A stretch of DNA of 64,000 nucleotides, from positions 1,952,001 through 2,016,000 of the forward strand of contig OZ252220.1 in assembly GCA_965249135.1 (NCBI GenBank), given 5' to 3'. The notes beneath the pieces were generated by a model. That model was not told the DNA's origin, made no database searches, and saw nothing but the letters and a program-made list of their open reading frames with translations. A program made the position numbers and the translations under genes. The DNA is from Alphaproteobacteria bacterium (GTDB lineage: Bacteria; Pseudomonadota; Alphaproteobacteria; GCA-2746255). Shown in pieces: positions 1-9,939 of the stretch (its first letter is position 1; each line of letters starts with the position of its first letter).

Positions 1-1
1 G

Positions 2-358
2 TTAGTGGCCGAAGATGAAGAGTCCGTTCGGCAATTCGTTGCCCGTGCGCTAACGCATAGCGGTCATGAAGTCACCGCTGTTGAGAATGGCCTGCTTGCC
101 CTTGATATGCTGTCTGCGGAATCCTATGATCTTCTGTTAACCGATATTGTCATGCTAGGCATGGATGGCATTGCCTTGGCATTGAAGGTCGCGAAGGAAA
201 GCCCAAACATACCGATCGTGCTGATGACGGGCTATGCAGCTGAAAAGCAGCGCGCTCACAATCTAAACGTTTTAATTCATCACGTTATTTCGAAACCTTT
301 TACCCTGAAAGAGATATGCGATGTCGTTAATGACGCACTGGCAGTATCCGACGAATAG
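2..358 (+). CDS. cpdR: Single-domain response regulator CpdR (5' end cut by window edge)
   Basis: Receiver motifs LVAEDE, DLLLTDIVM.GMDG, MTGYAA, ISKPF; no output domain; frame open from window start. Confidence 0.8.
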   Translation, partial: LVAEDEESVRQFVARALTHSGHEVTAVENGLLALDMLSAESYDLLLTDIVMLGMDGIALALKVAKESPNIPIVLMTGYAAEKQRAHNLNVLIHHVISKPFTLKEICDVVNDALAVSDE

Positions 359-438
359 GCCTTTCCCATTACCATGACGCCTCGAGGAGGGCGGTTTCCG
401 TAAGGGGATAGATTCAGTCGATCGAAATTAGACATCTC

Positions 439-3400
439 ATGAAAGACAAAAGTAAAAAAAGAACCCTTTACGGCATACTTGGTGCACTTGCCGTCGCAGT
501 CCTGATCGCTTTCATCGTTCCAAGTTTTATTGACGCAAATCAATATAAAGATACCATTGCCGAGAAAGTTCAGGCCGCGACGGGACGCACGCTTGCAATC
601 GAGGGCAATATCGATCTTGCGATTCTTCCGGCGCCTACCTTATCCGTTTACCAGATAAGACTGGCAAACCTTGAAGGAGCTACCAGTCCTGACATGGTGC
701 AACTTGCCGCGCTTCGAGTGCGGATTGCGCTGTTCCCGCTTTTTGCCGGCCGCGTTCAGGTTGAAAGCATTTTGCTAATCGATCCAATCATCGAACTCGA
801 GATACTCGCGGACGGGAGACCGAATTGGGAATTCACGTCACAAAAGGAAGAGAACGCGACTCCATCGGAGGGGGAGGCGCAAGAAAAAATTTCGGACACC
901 GATTCACAAGCGATCCAGGCTGAACGTTTTTCAATTGAAAATGGAACCATCGTTTATCGGGATACCAAGTCAGGAACGCTTGAGCGCATCGAGCGGCTGA
1001 ATGCCGATATTCGCGCCGAATCCCTTACGGGGCCGTTCCGTGTGCAAGGAGACCTCGTTGCGCGCGGCATGCCGGTCTCGCTCAACGGCGGATCGGGTCG
1101 TTTCGTTGAGGGGCCGGGCACACCGGTCAATTTTGAGGTCGAGTTTGAAGAGGCAGATACGACGCTTGAATTTTCTGGAACCCTTTCGGCGCCCAACCCG
1201 ACCGGCGTGCTTACCGGGAAATTGACGGCAAAAAGCGAAGATTTGGCGACGTTGATTGCCGGGGTCGGCGTGGAAAACGGGAAAAAGGCTCTGCCGGGGT
1301 TTCTTGCTCAGGAATTTTCTTACGAATCGTTGATTGTCGGCTCGTCTACCGGCATCGAACTTCGCGAAATCGCGCTTACTCTTGGGGATACCATCGCCAA
1401 TGGCGGTGTAAAAGCAAAGCTGGGTAAAACCGTCGATGCTGAGATCAATGTTCAGGTTTCGAAGATCGACCTTGACCATTGGCTGGCGATGAACGCGAAA
1501 AACGTACGTGAAAAAAAAGAGAGTAAAGCAAGTACAGCGATAGAATCAGGCAAGGCAACGACCGTTACAAGTACAGCGATAGAATCAGGCAGGGCAACGG
1601 CCGTTAAAGGAAAAAACGCATTCACGCCCCCGAAGGACCTCAACCTTTCCTTCAGCTTTGCTGCCAATTCGATCATCTTTCAAGGCGCGGAGATACGTGA
1701 AGGCCGTATCCATGCATCGCTTGCGAACGGAGAGCTTGCACTCGACCAGGCAACGGTTCAACTGCCGGGAGGGGCCAGCCTTTCCCTGTTCGGTTTCGTT
1801 TCTGCCACGGAGGAAACGCCTCGTTTCGATGGAGATCTGGATTTTCATACGGAAAATCTACGAAGTCTCTTGAATTGGTTGCGGGTGGATATCGCGAGTA
1901 TACCTGCAGACCGTATGCGTAAGTTTTCGCTGAAGTCGAAGGTTATGGCCTCTCCGGAAACGGCAAGTCTAAAAAAAGTGAATCTTAAGCTCGATGAATC
2001 GCAAGTAGCCGGCGAGCTTTTGGTCGCTCTTGTTGATCGCCCAAGTTTTCGGGGCAATTTATCGATGAATCGGCTGAACCTGGATGCCTATCTCAAGGGG
2101 GAAAAGAAAAAGAAAAGATCCGATGCAAGCTCACCCTCGCAATCTTCCGGTAGAGACGGAAAGGGAGAGAAAAATGCCTCGGAAGGCTTAGATGTGCTGA
2201 ATAGTTTCGATGCGGATCTCAGCTTTAAACTCGATCGGCTTACCTTTCAGAAGCAAACAATTTCCGGCATTCGATTCGATGGCGCCCTTAACAAGGGGAA
2301 ACTTTCAGTCCGAGAAGCAAGCATTCTGGATCTTTCGGGGTCCAGCCTGAAAGCGTCCGGGGTCGCGAGCGAATTTACCGACACACCCAAGCTCGATGCC
2401 CAATTCAGCCTGCGCTCAAAGGACGTGGGCCAACTGCTTCGCCTTGCTGCCGGCGCCTCGCCATCGCCAACGCTTACCAAGCTGGGTGCGACGACCCTGA
2501 ATGTGCGACTGGTTGGCGGCCTCGATCGCTTGGATCTTCGGGCCGAGCTTAGCGCGGCAAAAGGCGCCGTTCGTGCAGATGGGGAAATCGGAAATCTACC
2601 CGATGCACCTAATTTCAACCTTCGTGTTACGGCGGAACATCCGAACCTCGCTTCTCTTTTACAGACGTTCGATTATCGACCACAATCGTCGAGACTGGGG
2701 GGACTTAATCTCCAGACCCAACTGAAGGGAACGAACACCGCCTTCGACCTTTCAAAACTAGATGGTCGCATTGGTCCGGTTAAGTTGACCGGTAACCTTG
2801 GGGTGAAGCTGGAGGGAGCACACCCTGCTATCACAGCCAAGTTCGATACAGGTGAAATTCCTCTGCATCGCTTCCTTCCTGCCGGTAAGGATTCGAAACC
2901 TAGCGCTGCTCGGCAGAAAGGACAGCCTGCCTCAGGCCGCAGTAGTGGGGGCAATGAACGCTGGTCGAAGGAAGCACTCGATCTTTCAGGCCTTCGGCTC
3001 GTCGATGCAAAAGTCGACCTATCGGTGGCGGCGCTTATTTACGATAACGTTCGGGTCGAACGCCCTCGGCTGACGATTGCCTTGAAGAACGGCATTCTCG
3101 AGCTTAGCAAGCTTTCGGGAGGTCTTTTTGGCGGTTCCTTCGATGCGAAGGCACGGGTTATAGATAGCACGCCTGCGGTGTTAGGCGGCACGCTTACGGT
3201 GCGGAATGCGAATATCCGAAAGGCTCTTTTCGCTTCTTCCGGGTTCGATCTGGGCGATGGAAATCTGGATTTTGACCTAAAGCTCAATGCCTCGGGGAAT
3301 AGTCCCCATGAGCTCATTGCCGCCCTCAATGGGAATGCAAACGTCCTTGTCAAAGATGGGGTGGCGAGGGGTTTCGATCTCGACGCGGTCAGTGCGCGAT

Positions 3401-3873
3401 TGAAGAAGTTGGATAGCCCCGAAGCCTTCCTTGGCGTTCTAGATACGGCTCTCTCAGGGGGTGAGACGCGGTTTCAGGATCTCCGCGGCGCCATCCGTGT
3501 CACCAAGGGGGTTGCGCAAATGGAAAATATGCGCATGCAAGCGCAGTCGGGTAGCGCCGACATCTCCGGCAACGTAGACTTTCCTCGTTGGCACATGGAC
3601 CTAAGGACCGACTTCCGTCTTGCTTCCGAACCGGAAGCGCCGGTCTTTGCGATGCTCTTCACGGGCCCCCTTGATAACCCCCGCCGTCGTTTCGACACGA
3701 AACAGTTTCAGCGCCACCTTATCAAAAAAGGAATCGGTAGCCTGCTGAAGAAAGTGCTGCCGTTAAAGATCCCTGAAAGCGGAGCCCCCGCGGAAAAAGA
3801 AGGTGAAAAAACTTCCCCTATACCGGAGCCGGAAAAAATCATTCAAGATATCCTCAAAGGGTTTGGCCTTTAA
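439..3873 (+). CDS. AsmA family protein (lipid-transfer bridge-like)
   Basis: N-terminal TM anchor then PSFIDANQYK..I..KV..ATGR.L.I.G, GRPNW; repeated beta-rich AsmA-like segments; C-terminal G.LDNP. Confidence 0.85.
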   Translation: MKDKSKKRTLYGILGALAVAVLIAFIVPSFIDANQYKDTIAEKVQAATGRTLAIEGNIDLAILPAPTLSVYQIRLANLEGATSPDMVQLAALRVRIALFPLFAGRVQVESILLIDPIIELEILADGRPNWEFTSQKEENATPSEGEAQEKISDTDSQAIQAERFSIENGTIVYRDTKSGTLERIERLNADIRAESLTGPFRVQGDLVARGMPVSLNGGSGRFVEGPGTPVNFEVEFEEADTTLEFSGTLSAPNPTGVLTGKLTAKSEDLATLIAGVGVENGKKALPGFLAQEFSYESLIVGSSTGIELREIALTLGDTIANGGVKAKLGKTVDAEINVQVSKIDLDHWLAMNAKNVREKKESKASTAIESGKATTVTSTAIESGRATAVKGKNAFTPPKDLNLSFSFAANSIIFQGAEIREGRIHASLANGELALDQATVQLPGGASLSLFGFVSATEETPRFDGDLDFHTENLRSLLNWLRVDIASIPADRMRKFSLKSKVMASPETASLKKVNLKLDESQVAGELLVALVDRPSFRGNLSMNRLNLDAYLKGEKKKKRSDASSPSQSSGRDGKGEKNASEGLDVLNSFDADLSFKLDRLTFQKQTISGIRFDGALNKGKLSVREASILDLSGSSLKASGVASEFTDTPKLDAQFSLRSKDVGQLLRLAAGASPSPTLTKLGATTLNVRLVGGLDRLDLRAELSAAKGAVRADGEIGNLPDAPNFNLRVTAEHPNLASLLQTFDYRPQSSRLGGLNLQTQLKGTNTAFDLSKLDGRIGPVKLTGNLGVKLEGAHPAITAKFDTGEIPLHRFLPAGKDSKPSAARQKGQPASGRSSGGNERWSKEALDLSGLRLVDAKVDLSVAALIYDNVRVERPRLTIALKNGILELSKLSGGLFGGSFDAKARVIDSTPAVLGGTLTVRNANIRKALFASSGFDLGDGNLDFDLKLNASGNSPHELIAALNGNANVLVKDGVARGFDLDAVSARLKKLDSPEAFLGVLDTALSGGETRFQDLRGAIRVTKGVAQMENMRMQAQSGSADISGNVDFPRWHMDLRTDFRLASEPEAPVFAMLFTGPLDNPRRRFDTKQFQRHLIKKGIGSLLKKVLPLKIPESGAPAEKEGEKTSPIPEPEKIIQDILKGFGL
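1529..1606 (+). repeat. 39-bp near-perfect in-frame tandem duplication inside AsmA
   Basis: caagtacagcgatagaatcaggca(a/g)ggcaacg(a/g)ccgtta x2, encoding STAIESGKATTVT/STAIESGRATAVK. Confidence 0.9.
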
Positions 3874-3878
3874 GACCA

Positions 3879-4127
3879 TTAGGCATCGCGAGATGCACGC
3901 TCGCGAAATGTTCGCAAAATGTAAACCCGGATCGCACTTGAAAGATTGTTTTGGTTTTCACGATCAATTTCCGTGACTAGGTGGTTGATCGAAACGTCGC
4001 GCTTATTAGCGAGCTCGGCAAGCGCCTCCCAGAAAGTCTCCTCAAGCGAGACGCTTGTCCGGTGGGCCGATACGATCACGGATCGCTTGCGGATTCGATC
4101 CGGTATGGGAGCTTCCGAAGACATCAT
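3879..4127 (-). CDS. Ribbon-helix-helix domain protein
   Basis: KRSVIVSAHRTSVSLEETFW..L....NLSSAIRVYIL signature; start at 4127 forms an ATGA overlap with the TfoX stop. Confidence 0.85.
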   Translation of the reverse strand: MMSSEAPIPDRIRKRSVIVSAHRTSVSLEETFWEALAELANKRDVSINHLVTEIDRENQNNLSSAIRVYILRTFRERASRDA

Positions 4128-4507
4128 TTTTCTCGTGCTACCGCCTTTTGCTTCTTGTTTCCCCCCTTCTTCTGCTCCCGAGCTCGAAGCGCCACTTCGA
4201 AAGCTTTGTGAGCCCATGCACAGAGTGCGTCGCGATCCTCCATGATATCGGCGGGAACTTCGTAATAGGAGATGGTCAAGCTCCTATCTTTCTCGAAGGC
4301 GCGGATTGAGTCATGGATTCCATAGGAACGAAAATCATCCAGGTTCGAATCATCAACTTTGAAATAAAGCGTATCATCGAAAACGATGGCAAATGGGATC
4401 CCATCCAGATAAAGGCAATGACCGCCAAACATTCCCCGTTGATTGAGTGGCCCGAGCGGTCTTAACAAATCGAAGATATATTCTATAAATTCGGAATTTG
4501 TAGACAC
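4124..4507 (-). CDS. TfoX/Sxy N-terminal domain protein
   Basis: R.MFGG..LY.DG..FA.V.DD.LYFKVD and SYYEVP..I.ED motifs. Confidence 0.85.
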   Translation of the reverse strand: MSTNSEFIEYIFDLLRPLGPLNQRGMFGGHCLYLDGIPFAIVFDDTLYFKVDDSNLDDFRSYGIHDSIRAFEKDRSLTISYYEVPADIMEDRDALCAWAHKAFEVALRAREQKKGGNKKQKAVAREK

Positions 4508-4549
4508 CGAACGAATACCGCTTCGTTAGGATTGATCCAACATGGATTT

Positions 4550-5062
4550 CTATTTCTTGCGAAAGGTATCCAGCGGGATTACATCCGCGGTTTGGTCGTC
4601 CCCCGTTTGATTCGTTGCGACTTCAGCACCTTTTCCATCCTTACCATTTAACGGAGGTTGCGAGCTTTGCTCCTCTTCTGGCAGAGGTGCTACCGATACA
4701 TCTTGGTCTTTTCCACCGCGGAATTGCAAGCCGAAGCGGACGGAAGGGTCAACTAAACTCGTAATTGCCGCAAAAGGAACGATCACTTGTTCCTGGATGT
4801 TATTGAAACTAAGCGTCACTTCGAACAACTCGTCCGCTATTCTTAAGTCCCAGAACTGATTTTGAAGAACGATAGTCATCTCATCCGGATAACGGCTTTG
4901 CAGGTGGTCAGGGATTTCAACGTCGGCCTGATCCGTCCGAAAGGAAATATAGAAGTGATGCTCCCCGGGAAGCCCCTCTTCTGCGACGCGTTGCAAAACT
5001 GTCCGTACGACGTCGCGAAGTGCGTCTTCAAACAATTGATCGTAGTCCAGCGGGTTTGTCAT
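4550..5062 (-). CDS. sspB: ClpXP adaptor SspB (alphaproteobacterial type)
   Basis: GLPGEHHFYISF, YPDEMTIVLQNQFWDL, DPSVRFGLQF; C-terminal ClpX-binding VIPLDTFRKK. Confidence 0.93.
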   Translation of the reverse strand: MTNPLDYDQLFEDALRDVVRTVLQRVAEEGLPGEHHFYISFRTDQADVEIPDHLQSRYPDEMTIVLQNQFWDLRIADELFEVTLSFNNIQEQVIVPFAAITSLVDPSVRFGLQFRGGKDQDVSVAPLPEEEQSSQPPLNGKDGKGAEVATNQTGDDQTADVIPLDTFRKK

Positions 5063-5084
5063 AGCTTGTCGATACGCCGAGTAG

Positions 5085-5390
5085 CAAAAGTGGGGGGCTT
5101 CTGTTGCCCGGTGCCCCCCGGACCGCGCTTGCTTAATGCTTAAGCAGCGAGTGCATAACGATTGTTATCGTTGGCACTTTCAAAATGACCCGATAACGGC
5201 GGTATCATACCGGGAAAAAGTTAAGCCTTTACCACGTGCGTCGATCCTGGTTCGCCCCCGTGAATTCTCTTTCCCTAACCAAAAAAAAAGCAAATTTGGT
5301 GGAGGCGCCGGGCACTGCCCCCGGGTCCGCTACGATTATTCCACTTAACGTTTATTTCCATAGCCGGAAGTCCGACACTTCCTAATATAG
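5085..5390 (-). ncRNA. ssrA: Two-piece (circularly permuted) tmRNA
   Basis: Acceptor piece ends ...GGCGCCTCCACCA at 5297; intervening segment 5260-5296; coding piece starts GGGGGCGAA at 5259; tag frame 5175-5140 encodes ANDNNRYALAA*. Outer boundaries approximate. Confidence 0.92.
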
Positions 5391-5508
5391 GCACTTCGAA
5401 GGGGCATGGAAAGGCTAGCCGGTACGCGGATTGCCACTTAGTGGGGCGCTGGCGCTGGCCAGGACCAAGCGCTAAAGTGCCCGACCGGACGAACGCGTGG
5501 ACCGCCTA

Positions 5509-6447
5509 ATGCCGCTTACCCCCGAACAGCTCAAGGAAGTCGAGGACCTTCGCGCGAGCCGGCAATCAACTTGTCGTACGACCGTTCCTGAACTCGAAGA
5601 GATTCTTTACCAACCGATTCCTCTGCTTGATCACGGCTTTGTCCGTGTCATCGACTACATGGGAGACGATGGCGCGATTGTGCAAGCTGCCCGCGTCTCC
5701 TATGGGAAAGGAACGCGGAAGGTGCGTGAAGATCAGGGGCTCATTAATTATTTGATGCGTCACCGGCACACCACCCCGTTCGAGATGTGCGAGATAAAAT
5801 ACCATGTGAAACTGCCAATTTTTGTCGCTCGGCAGTGGATTCGGCATCGTACGGCCAACGTGAATGAATATTCTGCCCGCTATTCCATCTTAGATCGGGA
5901 ATTCTACATCCCGGCTCCTGAGCAGTTGGGGGCTCAATCCAAGGGCAATCGTCAGGGCCGCGGGGATGTCTTGGAAGGTGAGGAAGCCGACCGCGTTCTG
6001 AAATTGTTACGTGAAGATTCGGAACGTGCTTACGAGCATTACACGGAGATGCTCAATGCGGACGAGGAAGGAAATATTCTTGATCCGAACCATTCGGGAC
6101 TTGCCCGCGAACTTGCGCGGATGAATCTTTCTTTAAATTTCTATACACAGTGGTATTGGAAGACCGATCTGCACAACTTGATGCATTTCATCTCTCTTCG
6201 TGCGGATTTGCATGCCCAATACGAGATTCAAGTCTATGCGAACGTTCTTCTCGACACGTTGAGCCGATGGGTTCCGATGACGCATACGGCCTTTCTTCAG
6301 TACCGCATGAGTGGCTTCCATCTCTCGGCAGAAGCAATGCGTATCGTTCGACGGATGTTAGCGGGAGAAAAATTGACTCGTGAAGAAACGAGTTTAAGTG
6401 CTCGCGAATGGAGCGAACTAATGACGATCCTGGAACAGGACGCCTAA
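5509..6447 (+). CDS. thyX: FAD-dependent thymidylate synthase
   Basis: [34 protein letters not shown] (RHRx7SxR), ARELARMNL. Confidence 0.97.
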   Translation: MPLTPEQLKEVEDLRASRQSTCRTTVPELEEILYQPIPLLDHGFVRVIDYMGDDGAIVQAARVSYGKGTRKVREDQGLINYLMRHRHTTPFEMCEIKYHVKLPIFVARQWIRHRTANVNEYSARYSILDREFYIPAPEQLGAQSKGNRQGRGDVLEGEEADRVLKLLREDSERAYEHYTEMLNADEEGNILDPNHSGLARELARMNLSLNFYTQWYWKTDLHNLMHFISLRADLHAQYEIQVYANVLLDTLSRWVPMTHTAFLQYRMSGFHLSAEAMRIVRRMLAGEKLTREETSLSAREWSELMTILEQDA

Positions 6448-7553
6448 TCTCCAATTTTGCTTATGCTGACACCCTGGTTTGAGGAAAGCCGCTCTTCCAG
6501 CTTGTTCCAAAGTTGCTCGGCAATGGCTCGATAAGCCTTGGTGTGTTCACCAGTGGGTTCCGCAACGGTGATAGGGGTGCCCTCATCCGCCCTCTCTCGG
6601 ATCGAAATGGCGAGTGGGATCTCGCCAAGAAAATCAACGCCAAGACGGCTGGCTTCTTGCCGTGCGCCGCCGTGGTCGAAAATCGGTGTCTTGTCTCCAC
6701 AGTGGGGGCAGGTGAAATAGCTCATGTTCTCGAGAATACCCAGGACCGGTACATGAACTTCATTGAACATGTTGATCCCCTTCCGCGCATCGAGAAGGGC
6801 GAGGTCCTGCGGGGTGGATACGATAATGGCTCCGGTAAGCGGCGCCCCCTGTGCCAGGGTCAACTGTACGTCTCCCGTGCCAGGCGGTAGATCCAGAACG
6901 AGGACGTCTAGCTCCCCCCATCGAACGTTGCGAAGCATTTGTTCGATGGCCCGCATGACGATCGGGCCCCGCCAGATGACGGGGGAGTCCGGGTCGACCA
7001 GGAATCCGATGGACATGCAGACAATGCCATGATTCTCGAGCGGAAGAATCGTCTTGCCGTCCGGGGAGTCCGGTTTGCCGGTGATTCCCATCATGCGGGG
7101 AATCGACGGGCCAAAGACGTCCGTATCCAGGATGCCGATGTGCAGGCCGTTTGCCGCAAAAGCAAGCGCTAGGTTAACGGCGGTCGTCGATTTGCCGACG
7201 CCGCCCTTGCCGGATGCCACCGCCAATAGGGTTCGCACGCCCGCAACCGGTTGAATGCCACTCGATGTTTCCGGTGGATTCTGTGGCGTTGCTTCGTCGT
7301 TGCCTGCCTCGGCAGTGAGTACGAACGTGGTCGAAACGACGCCGGGAAGAGCCTGCACGGCTTCTTCGGCGGCCTTTCGGACCGCTTCCATCTCTTCCAC
7401 GCGCTCCGGGTCAATTTCAATGACGACGGCGACATTGCCGTCCTTGTTGATGACATTCGCCACAAGCCCGCTTGTCACGATGTCCTTCCCACTGGCCGGA
7501 TCGGTGATCCTGCGAAGGGCACTCAAGATTTCTGCTTCATCCGTCGTTGCCAT
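6444..7553 (-). CDS. mrp: Mrp/NBP35 (ApbC) Fe-S cluster carrier ATPase
   Basis: [36 protein letters not shown]; start uncertain (7553 vs 7592). Confidence 0.95.
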   Translation of the reverse strand: MATTDEAEILSALRRITDPASGKDIVTSGLVANVINKDGNVAVVIEIDPERVEEMEAVRKAAEEAVQALPGVVSTTFVLTAEAGNDEATPQNPPETSSGIQPVAGVRTLLAVASGKGGVGKSTTAVNLALAFAANGLHIGILDTDVFGPSIPRMMGITGKPDSPDGKTILPLENHGIVCMSIGFLVDPDSPVIWRGPIVMRAIEQMLRNVRWGELDVLVLDLPPGTGDVQLTLAQGAPLTGAIIVSTPQDLALLDARKGINMFNEVHVPVLGILENMSYFTCPHCGDKTPIFDHGGARQEASRLGVDFLGEIPLAISIRERADEGTPITVAEPTGEHTKAYRAIAEQLWNKLEERLSSNQGVSISKIGD

Positions 7554-7702
7554 GCCCTGCATTCCGTGCCGCTGAGAGACGATTGAAACCATCGAATATA
7601 GCCGGGAAAGCCGTCATTGCACGGCGACCCAAGCTGTCATATAAGGCTATAGGAATGCCTTGGGCAAGGTAGGGCCTTCCCTAAGCCACGGAGAAACTTG
7701 CA

Positions 7703-8806
7703 ATGCCTTGGACCAGTCAGGGAGGGAATGGGGGGCAGGGCGGCCCTTGGGGCCGTGGGCCCGGTGGACCGCGTCCGCCGGATGTTGAGGACCTTCTCCG
7801 CCAAGGCCAGGATCGTTTTCGAAGCTTTTTTCCGGGCGGTGGCGGCCGCGGCCTTCTTCTTGTCTTTCTTGTCCTTTTCGCGATTTGGCTCGCCAGCGGA
7901 TTCTACCGGGTGCTCCCGGACGAGCAGGGCGTCGTGCTTCGTTTTGGTGCATGGATCAAGCCGACAATGCCACCGGGGCTTCATTACCATTTGCCCTATC
8001 CAATCGAGCAGGTCAAAACGCCGAAGGTGACGCGCGTCAACCGTGTCGAAGTGGGTTTTCGTTCCTCTTCCGAATTTGGGAACGCAGGCGCCTTGCGGGA
8101 AGTTCCCGAGGAAGGCCTGATGCTGACGGGGGACGAAAACATCGTCAGCGTCAACTCCACCACCTTCTGGATAATCAACGATGCCGGCAAGTACCTCTTC
8201 AACATTCGCAGTCCCGCCGAAACCGTGAAAGCCGCCTTCGAGAGCGCGCAGCGCGAAATCGTTGGGCAGAAGCCAATTGCGCGGGCGTTTGCGGAAGGAC
8301 GCCAGCAGATCGAGCAGGAGACGCACACCCTCCTCCAGAAGATTCTGGACTACTACAATGCCGGTATTGAGATTACGCAGGTCCAATTGCAGAAGGTCGA
8401 CCCACCTTCGGAAGTGATCGATGCCTTCCGCGATGTCCAGCGTGCCCGTGCCGATCTAGAACGGATGCGCAACGAAGCGGAAGCCTACCGGAATGACATC
8501 ATTCCGAGGGCACGGGGTCTAGCGGAAAGAAACATTCAGGAGGCGGAGGCCCATAAACAGGAGATCGTAGCCCGCGCGCAAGGGGACGCAAATCGCTTCC
8601 TTGCAGTCTACAAAGAATACCGGGAAGCAGAAAAAATCACGGAACTGCGGCTTTATCTGGAAACGATGGAAGAGATTTTCCGTAACGCCGAGAAGGTCAT
8701 CATCGATTCGGATGCGTCAGGCGGAGCTGGAGTCGTACCCTACCTTCCGTTGCCTGAAATTCAGAAACGAATCAAAAAACAAGATGACGAGGAGGCCGGA
8801 GAATAA
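7703..8806 (+). CDS. hflK: FtsH protease modulator HflK
   Basis: MPW..GGPWG N-terminus, MLTGDENIV, VDPP.EVIDAF.DVQ.A, RLYLETME, GVVPYLPL. Confidence 0.97.
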   Translation: MPWTSQGGNGGQGGPWGRGPGGPRPPDVEDLLRQGQDRFRSFFPGGGGRGLLLVFLVLFAIWLASGFYRVLPDEQGVVLRFGAWIKPTMPPGLHYHLPYPIEQVKTPKVTRVNRVEVGFRSSSEFGNAGALREVPEEGLMLTGDENIVSVNSTTFWIINDAGKYLFNIRSPAETVKAAFESAQREIVGQKPIARAFAEGRQQIEQETHTLLQKILDYYNAGIEITQVQLQKVDPPSEVIDAFRDVQRARADLERMRNEAEAYRNDIIPRARGLAERNIQEAEAHKQEIVARAQGDANRFLAVYKEYREAEKITELRLYLETMEEIFRNAEKVIIDSDASGGAGVVPYLPLPEIQKRIKKQDDEEAGE

Positions 8807-9693
8807 TGAAAAAAACTGCCTTTCTTGTCACAATAGGCATCGTCCTGGTTTCCGTCATTGTGGCGTTGAATACGCTCTTTACGGTGCACCAAACCCAACA
8901 AGTAATCGTTCTCCAATTTGGTGATCCAAGACAGGTAATCACCGAGCCAGGGTTAAAGTTCAAAATCCCCTTCATTCAGGATGTGATTTATTACGATAAG
9001 CGGTTACTGGACTTCCCCCATCCGGCGGAAGAAGTTATTGCCGCCGATCAAAAACGTTTGGTTGTTGACAGTTTTGCGCGTTGGAAGATTGTCAACCCAC
9101 TTCTATTCTACCAGACGGTGGCAAACGAACTGGGCGCACGCGCCAGACTGAATTCATTGATGAGTGCGGGTCTAAGACGTGTGATCGGCAGCGTGCCTTT
9201 GGCTGCGGTGTTGACCGAGAAGCGTATGGGCATTCGCGAAATGATCCGTGACCAGGTGGACGCCGAGGCGCAACGTTTCGGCATGCGTGTGATAGACGTA
9301 CGCATCCGTCGCGCCGACTTGCCTGCTGAGAATAGCCAGGCAATTTATGCGAGAATGAAAAGCGAGCGCGAACGTGAAGCGAAGGAGTTCCGGGCGCAAG
9401 GTGCCGAGATTGGGCAACGCATCCGCTCCCGCGCCGACCGAGACCGTATCGTGATTCTTGCCGAATCCCGAAAACAGGCACAAATCCTGCGTGGTGCAGG
9501 GGATGCCCAATCGGTTCAGATTTATGCGGATGCCTTTACCCAGGCACCGGATTTCTACGCATTCTATCGATCCTTGCAGGCCTATCGCGAATCATTACAA
9601 GGCGGTAATACAACGCTCATCCTCTCACCGGATAGTGCTTTCTTCAAGTTTTTCAAAGAGCCAGAGGGAAGGAACGCGAAGTCAAAACGGTAA
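8806..9693 (+). CDS. hflC: FtsH protease modulator HflC
   Basis: PGLKFKIPF, DQKRLVVD, DVRIRRADLP, FYRSLQAY, LSPDS.FF; coupled to hflK. Confidence 0.97.
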   Translation: MKKTAFLVTIGIVLVSVIVALNTLFTVHQTQQVIVLQFGDPRQVITEPGLKFKIPFIQDVIYYDKRLLDFPHPAEEVIAADQKRLVVDSFARWKIVNPLLFYQTVANELGARARLNSLMSAGLRRVIGSVPLAAVLTEKRMGIREMIRDQVDAEAQRFGMRVIDVRIRRADLPAENSQAIYARMKSEREREAKEFRAQGAEIGQRIRSRADRDRIVILAESRKQAQILRGAGDAQSVQIYADAFTQAPDFYAFYRSLQAYRESLQGGNTTLILSPDSAFFKFFKEPEGRNAKSKR

Positions 9694-9939
9694 AGAAACC
9701 GATTGGCAGCACGCCTCTCGATTTTGTGATCTTGCGTTTAAACTACGGCCTTGATTTTCTCCAGCGGTACCTAAATTTATTTGGAGTTCCATCCGAAGGC
9801 ATGCGGAACGGTCTTAGGAATAAGGCTCTTAGGGGCGCCAACACAGAGGTTGGCGAATCCGATCTTTCCGGAGGGATGTTTGAAAGGGGCTAGCCCTTCG
9901 AACATGAACCGAAGACGAAAAGGTAGACAGGAGACTCCT

